From Eledone cirrhosa (Eukaryota), in assembly GCA_964016885.1 (NCBI GenBank), contig OZ024757.1, positions 35,154,001-35,218,000 on the forward strand: DNA of 64,000 bases. Direction: 5' to 3'. A program made the position numbers and the translations under genes. Position 1 is the first letter of the stretch, and each line of letters opens with the position of its first letter. Positions 10,801 through 24,050 of the stretch are shown here, piece after piece. Below the pieces are notes generated by a model. It had not been told where the DNA came from and ran no database searches. It saw nothing but the letters and a program-made list of their open reading frames with translations.

Positions 10801-12231
10801 CTAATAATTCTGTCATGTAATGTTATGGACATCTGTGCCCCTGTGGCTAAAAATTCTGACATGTAATGTTATGGACATCTCTGCCCTGTGGCTAATAATT
10901 CTGACATGTAATGTTATGAACATCTCTGCCCCTGTGGCTAATAATTCTGAGAGAGATGAAACAAGTGAGGGATTAGAGAGAGATAAAACAAGTGAGGGAT
11001 TAGAGTGTTGAAACAAGAGAGAGAGAGGAAGAGAGAGAAAGAGCGAAATGAAATGAGACAGGGAGAGCGAGATGAAACGCGAGAGTGAGAGAAGCGAGAT
11101 GAAACGAGAGAGTGAGAGCAAGATCAAACGAGAGAGAGAGAGCGAGATGAAACGAGACAGAGAGGAAACGAGAGAGAGGAAACGAGAGTAGAGAGCGAGA
11201 TGAAACAGGAGAGAGAGAGCGAGATGAAACGAGAGGGAGAGAGAGATGAAACGAGAGAGCGAGAGAGAGATGAAAGGAGGGAGATAGAGATGAAACGAGA
11301 GAGAGGAAGAGAGAGATGGAACGAGAGAGAGGAAGAGTGAGATGGAACGAGAGAGAGAGAGAGCGAGATGAAATAAGGGAGAGAGAGCGCAAGATGAAAC
11401 GAGAGAGAGAGAGCGCGCGATGAAACGACAGAGAGAGAGACAGATGAAAGGAGTGAGATAGAGATGAAACGAGAGAGAGGAAGAGAGAGATGGAACGAGA
11501 GAGAGGAAGAGAGAGATGGAACGAGAGAGAGGAAGACAGAGATGAACCGAGAGAGAGAGAGAGCGAGAGGAAACGAGAGAGAGAGAGCGCAAGATGAAAC
11601 GAGAGAGAGAGAGCGCGAGATGAAACTGTCATGTAATGTTATTGCCATATCTGCCCCTGTGGCTAATAATTGTCATGTAATGTTATGGTCATCTCTGCCC
11701 CTGTGGCTAATAATTCTGTCATGTAATGTTATGGACATCTCTGCCCCTGTGGCTAATAATTCTGACATGTAATGTTATGGACATCTCTGCCCCTGCGGCT
11801 AATAATTCTGACATGTAATGTTATGGTCATCTCTGCCCCTGTGGCTAATAATTCTGAGAGAGATGAAACAAGTGAGGGATTAGAGTGTTGAAACAAGAGA
11901 GAGAGAACGAGATGAAATGAGAGAGTGTGAGCGAGATGAAACGAGACAGGGAGAGCGAGATGAAATGAGAGAGTGAGAGTGAGATGAAACGAGAGAGTGA
12001 GAGCGAGATGAAACGAGAGAGAGAGAGCGAGATGAAATGAGAGAGAGAGAGCGAGATGAAATGAGAGAGAGAGAGCGAGATGAAACGAGACAGAGAGAGA
12101 ACGAGATGAAACGAGAGAGTGAGAGAGCGAGATGAAATGAGAGAGAGAGAGAGCGAGATGAAACGAGAGAGAGAGAGAGCGAGATGAAATGAGAGAGAGA
12201 GAGAGCGAGATGAAACGAGAGAGTGAGAGCT
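7847..12231 (+). repeat. Composite satellite block 0 (GA on + strand): 46-bp arrays alternating with (GA)n-GATGAAAC blocks
   Basis: 46-bp unit CATGTAATGTTATGGACATCTCTGCCCCTGTGGCTAATAATTCTG(T/A). Arrays at ~7856-8041, 8717-9312, 9961-10100, 10762-10948 and 11626-11855. Confidence 0.97.
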
Positions 12232-12233
12232 AA

Positions 12234-13077
12234 AGAAAAGGTAAAGAAAAGAAGAATGCTCTATGTATTGTACAGAGCTATTTAATTACATAATAAACAA
12301 CAGAATATAATTATTCCATGCAAATAGACTTAGAATGGAAAACATTCAGACAGAGAAGAATGGATAATGAGCGTCGTAAGAGAAATTGGCCAACAATTAA
12401 TATTAATGGAAATGTAGAAGAATTTCATATTAGTGATATGAATGTTTCGTGTGATCACTGTGGAGCTTTGAAATTTAGAAATGAAAATTGTAACTGTTGT
12501 AATAAAGGAAAGGTTGTGTTGCCACCATTGCAAATATACCCTGAGAGACTGAGAAATCTCTTTGAAAGAGGCCAGGAAGCAGTTGATTTCACAGAAACAT
12601 CTGCAATTAAAACTACATTTATTTCACTTCATTTGGTGTTACCACCCGGCAGAGGCCCGTATAGCTTTCATATTCAGAGTCAAACATATCACTACACCCC
12701 CATCTCTGTAACCTGCAGAAAATACACCACAATATGGCCAGTTATATATTATTGATGGGAACGAAGGTATGTAGCACAGATTGGAAGTACAACCAAATAA
12801 TTGTTTCTGGCACAAGGCCAGCAATTACTGGTACTTTATTCTATCGACCTCATAAGGATGAAAACAAAGTCAACCTTGGAGGGATTTGAACCCAGAACGT
12901 AAATGGCCATAACCCTATGCTGTAAAGCATGGTGTCTGGCGCTCTCCCGATACTGCCAATCCACTGCCCTAGTACCAACAAATAATGACTGCTCACCACA
13001 AAAAATGGCTATGATAAGAGAAGTGTTGCATGAATGTAATCCATATGTCGAAGTGTACAATACAATGCATGGCATCA
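12234..13077 (+). mobile_element. Helitron 5' fragment with embedded SINE, duplicate 1 (inverted copy of ~6921-7762)
   Basis: ORF 12318-12755 matches ORF 7243-7680 apart from 2 substitutions. Homology ends at GGCATCA (13077). Confidence 0.92.
12802..12970 (-). mobile_element. SINE (co-duplicated copy of 7028-7196)
   Basis: Same sequence and same TSD pair AGTACAACCAAATAAT / AGTACCAACAAATAAT. Confidence 0.85.
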
Positions 13078-13995
13078 CAAATGAATATATATATATATAC
13101 TACTAAAGTGTATGTAAAATTTTAAAATAAATACTTAAATTCAATTTGTATAATTACACATACAATATGTTTTGTTGTAAAACCCTAAATAATGATTTAA
13201 GAAATGATGTCAATCTCTTTGTACAGAGAAAAACAATTTATATATATGCATTGTGTGCGCGTGTATACTCCATTTAAGACAGTGAAAAACCTAGTACCTC
13301 CTTCAAAGAATGCCAAATAGTTTATGCCTAAGGTGTAACACTAATTAAGTTACCGGTGTAGATATTTCAGTTGAACCCTGCTTCAAACATGCATATTATT
13401 ATTATATATTTTCAAACACACTTACATACATTATATTTATACACATAGAAATAATAAGTTAAAACTAAAGTATAATGATATAACAACAGTATATAATAGT
13501 TTTCTTCACTTTATTGAGATGCAATCGTTTTAAAGAAAAAACATGACAGTATAAGAAATATTTAATATGATAACATAATATTTCAGGTAGGATGGTGGTT
13601 TCTCTATGATGGTGGTTTCTCTTTGAACTAATAATTGTTTCTATTTTAGGCACAAGGTCAGTAATTAACCAGTACATTACTGGTACTTTATTTTATCGAC
13701 CCCGTAAGGATGAAAGGCAAAGTTGACCTCGGATCGTAAAGGGACGTAACTATGCTGGAAAGCATGGCGTCAGACCCTCTACCGATACTGCCAATTCACC
13801 ATACAGTATAATTATACAAATATGCATATAGATAGCAATATATATACACTAATATGTATGTACATATTTACACATATGTACATATATATAGGGAGAGAGA
13901 GAGACACATGTATGTATATATATATACACATGCGTGTATGCATGTGTGTTTATGTACATTCTTCGGTATATATATCGGTATACACATTGGAGACA
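13078..13995. repeat. AT-rich ~0.9-kb spacer, copy 1 of 3
   Basis: Nearly identical to 34423-35355 and 53610-54545; spurious ORFs 13465/34824/54009 are near-identical. Confidence 0.9.
13636..13800 (-). mobile_element. SINE, second subfamily, B-box deleted
   Basis: Matches 53317-53501 but lacks ~15 bp (CGGGATTTGAACTCA) covering the B box. Confidence 0.8.
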
Positions 13996-16900
13996 CAGAG
14001 AGAGAGAGTTGAAACGAGAGGTGAGAGAGAGAGTTGAAACGAGAGGTGAGAGAGAGAGTTGAAACGAGGAGAGAGTTGAAACGAAGAGAGAGTTTAAACA
14101 AGAGGGTGAGGGGAGAGAGGAAGAAAGAGAGAGAGAGGAAGAGAGAGAGAGGGGATGAGAGAGAGGAAGAGAGAGAGAGAGGGGAAGAGAGAGAGAGGGA
14201 GAGAAGGGGATGAAACAACAGAGAGAGGGGAGAGAAAGAGAGAGGGGATAGAAAAAGAGAGAGAGAGAGAGAGAGTGAGAGAGAGAGAGAGAGAGAAAGA
14301 ATTGAAACAAGAGAGAGATGAAACAAGTGAGGGATTAGAGAGAGATGAAACAAGTGAGGGATTAGAGTGTTGAAACAAGAGAGAGAGAGCGAAATGAAAT
14401 GAGAGAAAGAGAGTGAGATGAAATGAGAGAGTGAGAGCGAGATGAAACGAGACAGGGAGAGCGAGATGAAATGAGAGAGTGAGAGCGAGATGAAACGAGA
14501 GAGTGAGAGCGAGATGAAACGAGAGAGAGAGAGAGCGAGATGACACGAGACAGAGAGAGCGAGATGAAATGAGAGAGAGAGAGAACGAGATGAAATGAAA
14601 GAGAGAGAGAGCGAGATGAAACGAGAGGGAGAGAGAGATGAAACGAGAGAGCGAGAGAGAGATAGAGGGAAATGAAACGACAGAGAGAGAGACAGATAAA
14701 ATGAGGGATATAGAGATGAAACGAGAGAGAGAGATGAAACGAGAGAGAGGAAGAGAGAGATAGAACGAGAGAGAGGAAGAGAGAGATGAAACGAGAGAGA
14801 GGAAGACAGAGGTGAAACGAGAGAGAGAGAGAGCGAGATGAAACGAGAGAGAGGAAGAGAGAGAGCGCGAGATGAAACTCTGTCATGGACATATCTGCCC
14901 CTGGGGCTAATAATTGTCATGTAATGTTATGGACATCTCTGCCCCTGTGGCTAATAATTCTGTCATGTAATGTTATGGACAACTCTGCCCCTGTGGCTAA
15001 TAATTCTGAAATGTAATGTTATGGAATCTCTGCCCCTGTGGCTAATAAATCTGTCATGTAATGTTACGGACATCTCTGCCCCTGTGGCTAATAATTCTGA
15101 GAGAGATGAAACAAGTGAGGGATTAGAGAGAGATGAAACAAGTGAGGGATTAGAGTGTTGAAACAAGAGAGAGAGAGGAAGAGAGAGTGAGAGCGAAATC
15201 AAACGAGAGAGAGCGAGATGAAATGAGAGAGTGAGAGCGAGATGAAACGAGAGAGAGAGAGAGAGCGAGATGAAATGAGAGAGAGAGAGCGAGATGAAAT
15301 GAGAGAGAGAGAGCGAGATGAAACGAGACAGAGAGAGCGGGATGAAACGAGACAGAGAGAGCGAGAGCGAGATGAAACGAGACAGAGAGAGCGAGATGAA
15401 ACGAGAGAGAGAGAGCGAGATGAAATGAGAGAGAGAGAGCGAGATGAAATGAGAGAGAGAGAGCGAGATGAAACGAGAGAGTGAGAGCGAGATGGAACGA
15501 GACAGAGAGAGCGAGATGAAACGAGAGTGGGAGAGCTAGATGAAACGAGAGAGAGAGGAAACGAGAGAGAGAGGAAACGAGAGAGAGAGGAAACGAGAGA
15601 GAGAGGAAACGAGAGTAGAGAGCGAGATGAAACAGGAGAGAGAGAGCGAGATGAAACAGGAGAGAGAGAGCGAGATGAAACGAGAGGGAGAGAGAGATGA
15701 AACGAGAGAGCGAGAGAGAGATAGAGGGAGATGAAACGACAGAGAGAGAGACAGCTGAAACGAGGGAGATAGAGATGAAACGAGAGAGAGAGATGAAACG
15801 AGAGAGAGGAAGAGAGAGATGGAACGAGAGAGAGGAAGAGAGAGATGGAACGAGAGAGAGGAAGACAGAGATGAAACGAGAGAGAGAGAGAGCAATATGA
15901 AACGAGAGAGAGAGAGATGAGACGAGAGAGAGGAAGAGAGAGATGGAACGAGAGAGAGGAAGACAGAGATGAAACGAGAGAGAGAGAGATTGAGATGAAA
16001 CGAGAGAGTGAGAGCTAGATGAAACGAGAGAGAGAGGAAACGAGAGAGAGAGGAAACGAGAGAGAGAGGAAACGAGAGAGAGGAAACGAGAGAGAGGAAA
16101 CGAGAGTAGAGAGCAAGATGAAACAGGAGAGAGAGAGAGCGAGATGAAACCGGAGAGAGAGAGCGAGATGAAACGAGAGGGAGGGAGAGATGAAACGAGA
16201 GAGCGAGAGAGAGATAGAGGGAGATAAAACGAGAGAGTGATAGCTAGATGAAACGAGAGTGAGAGGAATAGAGAGATGGAACGAGAGAGAGGAAGACAGA
16301 TATGAAACGAGAGAGAGAGAGAGCGAGATGAAACGAGAGAGAGGAAGAGAGAGAGCGCGAGATGAAATGAGAGAGAGAGAGAGAGCGAGATGAAACGAGA
16401 GAGAGAGAGCGAGTTGAAATGAGAGAGTGAGAGTGAGATGAAACGAGAGAGAGAGAGAGAGAGCGAGATGAAATGAGAGAGAGAGAGCGAGATGAAACGA
16501 GAGAGTGAGAGCGAGATGGAACGAGACAGAGAGAGCGAGATGAAACGAGAGTGGGAGAGCTAGATGAAACGAGAGAGAGAGGAAACGAGAGAGAGAGAGG
16601 AAACGAGAGAGACGAAACGAGAGAGAGGAAACGAGAGTAGAGAGCGAGATGAAACAGGAGAGAGAGAGCGAGATGAAACAGGAGAGAGAGAGCGAGATGA
16701 AACGAGAGGGAGAGAGAGATGAAACGAGAGAGCGAGAGAGAGATCGAGGGAGATGAAACGACAGAGAGAGAGACAGATGAAACGAGAGAGAGAGATGAAA
16801 CGAGAGAGAGGAAGAGAGAGATGGAACGAGAGAGAGGAAGTCAGAGATGAAACGAGAGAGAGAGAGAGCAAGATGAAACGAGAGAGAGAGATGAAACGAG

Positions 16901-19900
16901 AGAGAAGAAGAAAGAGATGGAACGAGAGAGAGGAAGAGAGAGATGGAACGAGAGAGAGGAAGCCAGAGATGAAACGAGGGAGAGAGAGAGAGAGATCAAA
17001 CGAGAGAGAGGAAGAGAGAGAGAGCGCAAGATGAAACGAGAGAGAGAGAGCGAGATGAAACGAGAGAGAGGAAGAGAGAGAGCGCGAGATGAAATGAGAG
17101 AGTGAGAGCGAGATGAAATGAGAGAGAGAGAGAACGAGATGAAATGAGAGAGAGAGAGAGCGAGATGAAATGAGACATAGAGAGATGAAACGAGAGAGAG
17201 ATGAAACGAGAAAGAGAGGAAACGAGAGAGTGGAAACATGAGTAGAGAGCGAGATGAAACAGGAGTGAGAGAGCGAGATGAAACAGGAGAGAGAGAGCAA
17301 GATGAAACGAGAGGGAGCGAGAGATGAAACGAGAGAGCGAGAGAGAGATAGAGGGAAATGAAACGACAGAGAGAGAGACAGATGAAACGAGGGATATAGA
17401 GATGAAACGAGAGAGAGATATGAAACGAGAGAGAGGAAGAGAGAGATAGAACGAGAGAGAGGAAGAGAGAGATGAAACGAGAGAGAGGAAGACAGAGGAA
17501 AACGAGAGAGAGAGAGAGCGAGATGAAACGAGAGAGAGAGCGAGATGAAACGAGAGAGAGGAAGAGAGAGAGCGCGAGATGAAACTCTGTCATGGACATC
17601 TCTGCCCCTGTGGCTAATAATTCTGTCATGTAATGTTATGGACAACTCTGTCCCTGTGGCTAATAATTCTGTCATGTAATGTTATGGACATCTCTGCCCC
17701 TGTGGCTAATAATTCTGACATGTAATGTTATGGAATCTCTGCCCCTGTGGCTAATAAATCTGTCATGTAATGTTACGGACATCTCTGCCCCTGTGGCTAA
17801 TAAATCTGTCATGTAATGTTATGGACATCTCTGTCCCTGTGGCTAATAATTCTGACATGTAATGTTATGGACATCTCTGCCCCTGTGGCTAATAATTCTG
17901 AGAGAGATGAAACAAGTGAGGGATTAGAGTGTTGAAACAAGAGAGAGAGAGGAAGAGTGAGTGAGAGCGAAATCAAACGAGAGAGAGCGAGATGAAATGA
18001 GAGAGTGAGAGCGAGATGAAACGAGAGAGAAAGAGAGAGCGAGATGAAATGAGAGAGAGAGAGCGAGATGAAATGAGAGAGAGAGAGCGAGATGAAACGA
18101 GACAGAGAGAGCGGGATGAAACGAGACAGAGAGAGCGAGAGCGAGATGAAACGAGACAGAGAGAGCGAGATGAAACGAGAGAGAGAGAGCGAGATGAAAT
18201 GAGAGAGAGAGAGCGAGATGAAATGAGAGAGAGAGAGCGAGATGAAACGAGAGAGTGAGAGCGAGATGGAACGAGACAGAGAGAGCGAGATGAAACGAGA
18301 GTGGGAGAGCTAGATGAAACGAGAGAGAGAGGAAACGAGAGAGAGAGGAAACGAGAGTAGAGAGCGAGATGAAGCAGGAGAGAGAGAGCGAGATGAAACA
18401 GGAGAGAGAGATCGAGATGAAACGAGAGGGAGAGAGAGATGAAACGAGAGAGCGAGAGAGAGATAGAGGGAGATGAAACGACAGAGAGAGAGACAGATGA
18501 AACGAGGGAGATAGAGATGAAACGAGAGAGAGAGATGAAACGAGAGAGAGGAAGAGAGAGATGGAACGAGAGAGAGGAAGAGAGAGATGGAACGAGAGAG
18601 AGGAAGACAGAGATGAAACGAGAGAGAGAGAGAGCAAGATGAAACGAGAGAGAGAGATGAAACGAGAGAGAGGAAGAGAGAGATGGAACGAGAGAGAGGA
18701 AGACAGAGATGAAACGAGAGAGAGAGAGATTGAGATGAAACGAGAGAGTGAGAGCTAGATGAAACGAGAGAGAGAGGAAACGAGAGAGAGAGGAACCGAG
18801 AGAGAGAGGAAACGAGAGAGAGGAAACGAGAGAGAGGAAACGAGAGTAGAGAGCAAGATGAAACAGGAGAGAGAGAGCGAGATGAAATGAGAGGGAGGGA
18901 GAGATGAAACGAGAGAGCGAGAGAGAGATAGAGGGAGATGAAACGAGAGAGTGATAGCTAGATGAAACGAGAGTGAGAGGAATAGAGAGATGGAACGAGA
19001 GAGAGGAAGACAGATATGAAACGAGAGAGAGGAAGAGAGAGAGCGCGAGATGAAATGAGAGAGAGAGAGAGCGAGATGAAACGAGAGAGAGAGAGCGAGT
19101 TGAAATGAGAGAGTGAGAGTGAGATGAAACGAGAGAGAGAGAGAGAGAGAGCGAGATGAAATGAGAGAGAGAGAGCGAGATGAAACGAGAGAGTGAGAGC
19201 GAGATGGAACGAGACAGAGAGAGCGAGATGAAACGAGAGTGGGAGAGCTAGATGAAACGAGAGAGAGAGGAAACGAGAGAGACGAAACGAGAGAGAGGAA
19301 ATGAGAGTAGAGAGCGAGATGAAACAGGAGAGAGAGAGCGAGATGAAACAGGAGAGAGAGTGCGAGATGAAACGAGAGGGAGAGAGAGATGAAACGAGAG
19401 AGCGAGAGAGAGATCGAGGGAGATGAAACGACAGAGAGAGAGACAGATGAAACGAGGGAGATAGAGATGAAACGAGAGAGAGAGATGAAACGAGAGAGAG
19501 GAAGAGAGAGATGGAACGAGAGAGAGGAAGTCAGAGATGAAACGAGAGAGAGAGAGAGCAAGATGAAACGAGAGAGAGAGATGAAACGAGAGAGAGGAAG
19601 AGAGAGATGGAACGAGAGAGAGGAAGAGAGAGATGGAACGAGAGAGAGGAAGCCAGAGATGAAACGAGAGAGAGAGAGAGAGAGATGAAACGAGAGAGAG
19701 GAAGAGAGAGACAGCGCAAGATGAAACGAGAGAGAGAGAGCGAGATGAAACGAGAGAGAGGAAGAGAGAGAGCGCGAGATGAAACGAGAGAGAGGAAGAG
19801 AGAGAGCGCGAGATGAAACGAGAGAGAGAGAGCGAGATGAAATGAGAGAGTGAGAGTGAGATCAAACGAGAGAGAGAGAGAGAGCGAGATGAAATGAGAG

Positions 19901-22900
19901 AGAGAGAGCGAGATGAAATGAGAGAGAGAGAGCGAGATGAAACGAGACAGAGAGAGCGGGATGAAACGAGACAGAGAGATCGAGATGAAATGAGAGAGAG
20001 AGAGCAAGATGAAATGAGAGAGAGCGAAATGAAACGAGAGAGTGAGAGCTAGATGAAACGAGTGAGAGGAAACGAGAGAGAGAGGAAACGCCAGAGAGGA
20101 AATGAGAGAGAGGAAACGAGAGTAGAGAGCAAGATGAAACAGGAGAGAGAGATAGCGAGATGAAACCGGAGAGAGAGAGCGAGATGAAACGAGAGGGAGG
20201 GAGAGATGAAACGAGAGAGCGAGAGAGAGATAGAGGGAGATGAAACAAGAGAGTGACAGCTAGATGAAACGAGAGAGAGAGGAATAGAGAGATGGAACGA
20301 GAGAGAGGAAGACAGATATGAAACGAGAGAGAGAGAGAGCGAGATGAAACGAGAGAGAGGAAGAGAGAGAGCGCGAGATGAAATGAGAGAGAGAGAGAGC
20401 GAGATGAAACGAGAGAGAGGAAGAGAGAGAGCGCGAGATGAAAGTCTGTCATGTAATGTTATGGACATATCTGCCCTTGGGGCTAATAATTGTCATTTAA
20501 TGTTATGGACATATCTGCCCTTGGGGCTAATAATTGTCATGTAATGTTATGGATATCTCTGCCCCTGTGGCTAATAATTCTGTCATGTAATGTTATGGAC
20601 ATCTATGCCCCTGTGGCTAATAATTCTGTCATGTAATGTTATGGACATCTCTGCCCCTGTGGCTAATAAATCTGACATGTAATGTTATGGACATCTGTGC
20701 CCCTGTGGCTAATAAATCTGTCATGTAATGTTATGGACATCTCTGCCCCTGTGGCTAATAATTCTGAGAGAGATGAAACAAGTGAGGGATTAGAGAGAGA
20801 TGAAACAAGTGAGGGATTAGAGTGTTGAAACAAGAGAGAGGAAGAGAGAGTGAGAGCGAGATCAAACGAGAGAGAGAGAGCAAGATGAAATGAGAGAGAG
20901 AGAACGAGATGAAACAAGACAGAGAGAGCGGGATGAAACGAGACAGAGAGAGCGAGAGCGAGATGAAACGAGACAGAGAGAGCGAGATGAAACGAGAGAG
21001 AGAGAGCGAGATGAAATGAGAGAGAGAGAGCGAGATGAAATGAGAGAGAGAGAGCGAGATGAAACGAGAGAGTGAGAGCGAGGTGGAACGAGAGAGAGAG
21101 AGAGAGAGCGAGATGAAATGAGAGAGAGAGAGCGAGATGAAACGAGACAGAGAGAGCGGGATGAAACGAGACAGAGAGAGCGAGAGCGAGATGAAACGAG
21201 ACAGGGAGAGCGAGATGAAACGAGAGAGAGAGAGAGCGGGATGAAATGAGAGAGAGAGAGCGAGATGAAATGAGAGAGAGAGAGCGAGATGAAACGAGAG
21301 AGTGAGAGCGAGATGGAACGAGACAGAGAGAGCGAGATGAAACGAGAGTGGGAGAGCTAGATGAAACGAGAGAGAGAGGAAACGAGAGAGACGAAACGAG
21401 AGAGAGGAAACGAGAGTAGAGAGCGAGATGAAACAGGAGAGAGAGAGCGAGATGAAACAGGAGAGAGATAGCGAGATGAAACGAGGGAGATAGAGATGAA
21501 ACGAGAGAGAGGAAGAGAGAGATGGAACGAGAGAGAGGAAGAGAGAGATGGAACGAGAGAGAGGAAGACAGAGATGAAACGAGAGAGAGACAGAGCAAGA
21601 TGAAACGAGAGAGAGAGATTAAACGAGAGAGAGGAAGAGAGAGATGGAACGAGAGAGAGGAAGAGAGAGATGGAACGAGAGAGAGGAAGACAGAGATGAA
21701 ACGAGAGAGAGAGAGATCGAGATGAAACGAGAGAGAGGAAGAGAGAGAGCGCAAGATGAAACGAGAGAGAGAGAGAGAGAGCGAGATGAAACGAGAGAGA
21801 GGAAGAGAGAGAGCGCGAGATGAAACGAGAGAGAGTAAGAGAGAGAGCGCGAGATGAAACGAGAGAGTGAGAGCGAGATGAAATGAGAGAGAGAGAGAAC
21901 GAGATGAAATGAGAGAGAGAGAGAGCGAGATGAAATGAGACATAGAGAGATGAAACGAGAGAGAGATGAAACGAGAAAGAGAGGAAACGAGAGAGTGGAA
22001 ACAAGAGTAGAGAGCGAGATGAAACAGGAGTGAGAGAGCGAGATGAAACAGGAGAGAGAGAGTGAGATGAAACGAGAGGGAGCGAGAGATGAAACGAGAG
22101 AGCGAGAGAGAGATAGAGGGAAATGAAACGACAGAGAGAGAGACAGATGAAACGAGAGTGAGAGGAATAGAGAGATAGAACGAGAGAGAGGAAGACAGAT
22201 ATGAAACGAGAGAGAGAGAGAGCGAGATGAAACGAGAGAGAGGAAGAGAGAGAGCGCGAGATGAAATGAGAGAGAGAGAGAGCGAGATGAAACGAGAGAG
22301 AGGAAGAGAGAGAGCGCGAGATGAAAAGAGAGAGAGAGAGAGAGCGAGATGAAAAGAGAGAGAGGAAGAGAGAGAGCGCGAGATGAAACGAGAGAGAGAG
22401 AGCGAGATGAAATGAGAGAGTGAGGGTGAGATGAAACGAGAGAGAGAGAGATAGCGAGATGAAATGAGAGAGAGAGAGCGAGATGAAATGAGAGAGAGAG
22501 AGAGCGAGATGAAACGAGACAGAGAAAGCGGGATGAAACGAGACAGAGAGATCGAGAGGAAATGAGAGACAGAGAGAGCGAGATGAAACGAGAGAGTGAG
22601 AGCGAGATGGAACGAGACAGAGAGAGCGAGATGAAACGAGAGAGTGAGGAAACGAGAGAGAGAGGAAACGAGACAGAGGAAACGAGAGAGAGGAAACGAG
22701 AGTAGAGAGCGAGATGAAACAGGAGAGAGAGAGAGCGAGATAAAACAGGAGACTGAGAGCGAGATGAAACGAGAGGGAGGGAGAGATGAAACGAGAGAGC
22801 GAGAGAGAGATAGAGGGAGATGAAACTACAGAGAGAGAGACAGATGAAACGAGGGAGATAGATATGAAACGAGAGAGCGAGATGAAACGAGAGAGTGAGA

Positions 22901-23637
22901 GCGAGATGGAACGAGACAGAGAGAGCGAGATGAAACGAGAAAGAGAGAGCGAGATGTAATGAGAGAGAGAGAGAGTGGGATGGAACGAGACAGAGAGGAA
23001 ACGAGAAAGAGAGGAAACGAGAGAGAGAGAGGAAACGAGAGAGAGGAAACGAGAGTAGAGAGCGAGATGAAACAGGAGAGAGAGAGCGAGATGAAACAGG
23101 AGAGAGAGAGCGAGATGAAACGAGAGGGAGGGAGAGATGAAACGAGAGAAGGAGAGAGAGATAGAGGGAGATGAAACGAGGGAGATAGAGATGAAACGAG
23201 AGAGGAAGAGAGAGATGGAACGAGAGAGAGGAAGAGAGAGATGAAACGAGAGAGAGGAAGACAGAGATGAATAGAGAGAGAGAGAGAGAGCGAGATGAAA
23301 CGAGAGAGAGGAAGAGAGAGAGCGCGAGATGAAACGAGAGAGAGAGAGCGCGAGATGAAACTCTGTCATGTAATGTTATGGACATATCTGCCCTTGGGGC
23401 TAATAATTGTCATGTAATGTTATGGACGTCTCTGCCCCTGTGGCTAATAATTCTGTCATGTAATGTTATGGACATCTCTGCCCCTGTGGCTAATAATTAT
23501 GTCATGTAATGTTATGGACATCTCCGCCCCTGTGGCTAATAATTCTGCCATGTAATGTTATGGACATCTCTGCCCCTCTGGCTAATAATTCTGACATGTA
23601 ATGTTATGGACATCTCTGCCCCTGTGGCTAATAAATC
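13996..23637 (+). repeat. Composite satellite, GA arm of macro-unit 1
   Basis: 46-bp arrays at ~14878-15098, 17585-17899, 20445-20765 and 23361-23637, separated by GA/GATGAAAC blocks of ~2.5 kb. Confidence 0.97.
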
Positions 23638-24050
23638 AGAATTATTAGCCACAGGGGCAGAGATGTCCATAACATTACATGTCAGAATTATTAGCCACAG
23701 GGGCAGAGATGTCCATAACATTACATGTCAGAATTATTAGCCACAGGGACAGAGATGTCCATAACATTACATGTCAGAATTATTAGCCAGAGGGGCAGAG
23801 ATGTCCATAACATTACATGTCAGAATTATTAGCCACAGGGGCAGAGATGTCCATAACATTACATGACAGATTTATTAGCCACAGGGGCAGAGATGTCCAT
23901 AACACTACATGTCAGAATTATTAGCCACAGGGGCAGAGATGTCCATAACATTACATTACATAATTATTAGCCACAGGGGCAGAGATGTCCATAACATTAC
24001 ATGACAATTATTAGCCCCAAGGGCAGATATGTCCATAACATTACATGACA
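23361..24050. repeat. Palindromic 46-bp array with inversion centre at 23638
   Basis: ...GGCTAATAAATC-A-GAATTATTAGCC...; unit orientation and purine strand both flip here. Confidence 0.95.

Noticed and set aside
12318-12755. 145-aa ORF conserved in three copies as a functional gene
   Set aside because: It is a frameshifted Helitron N-terminal fragment. Its identity reflects recent duplication, and it is truncated in the fourth copy.
23390-23402. GCCCTTGGGGC in the boundary 46-mer variant as a Helitron 3' terminal hairpin
   Set aside because: The stem is only 4 bp and there is no downstream CTRR terminus at the expected distance.
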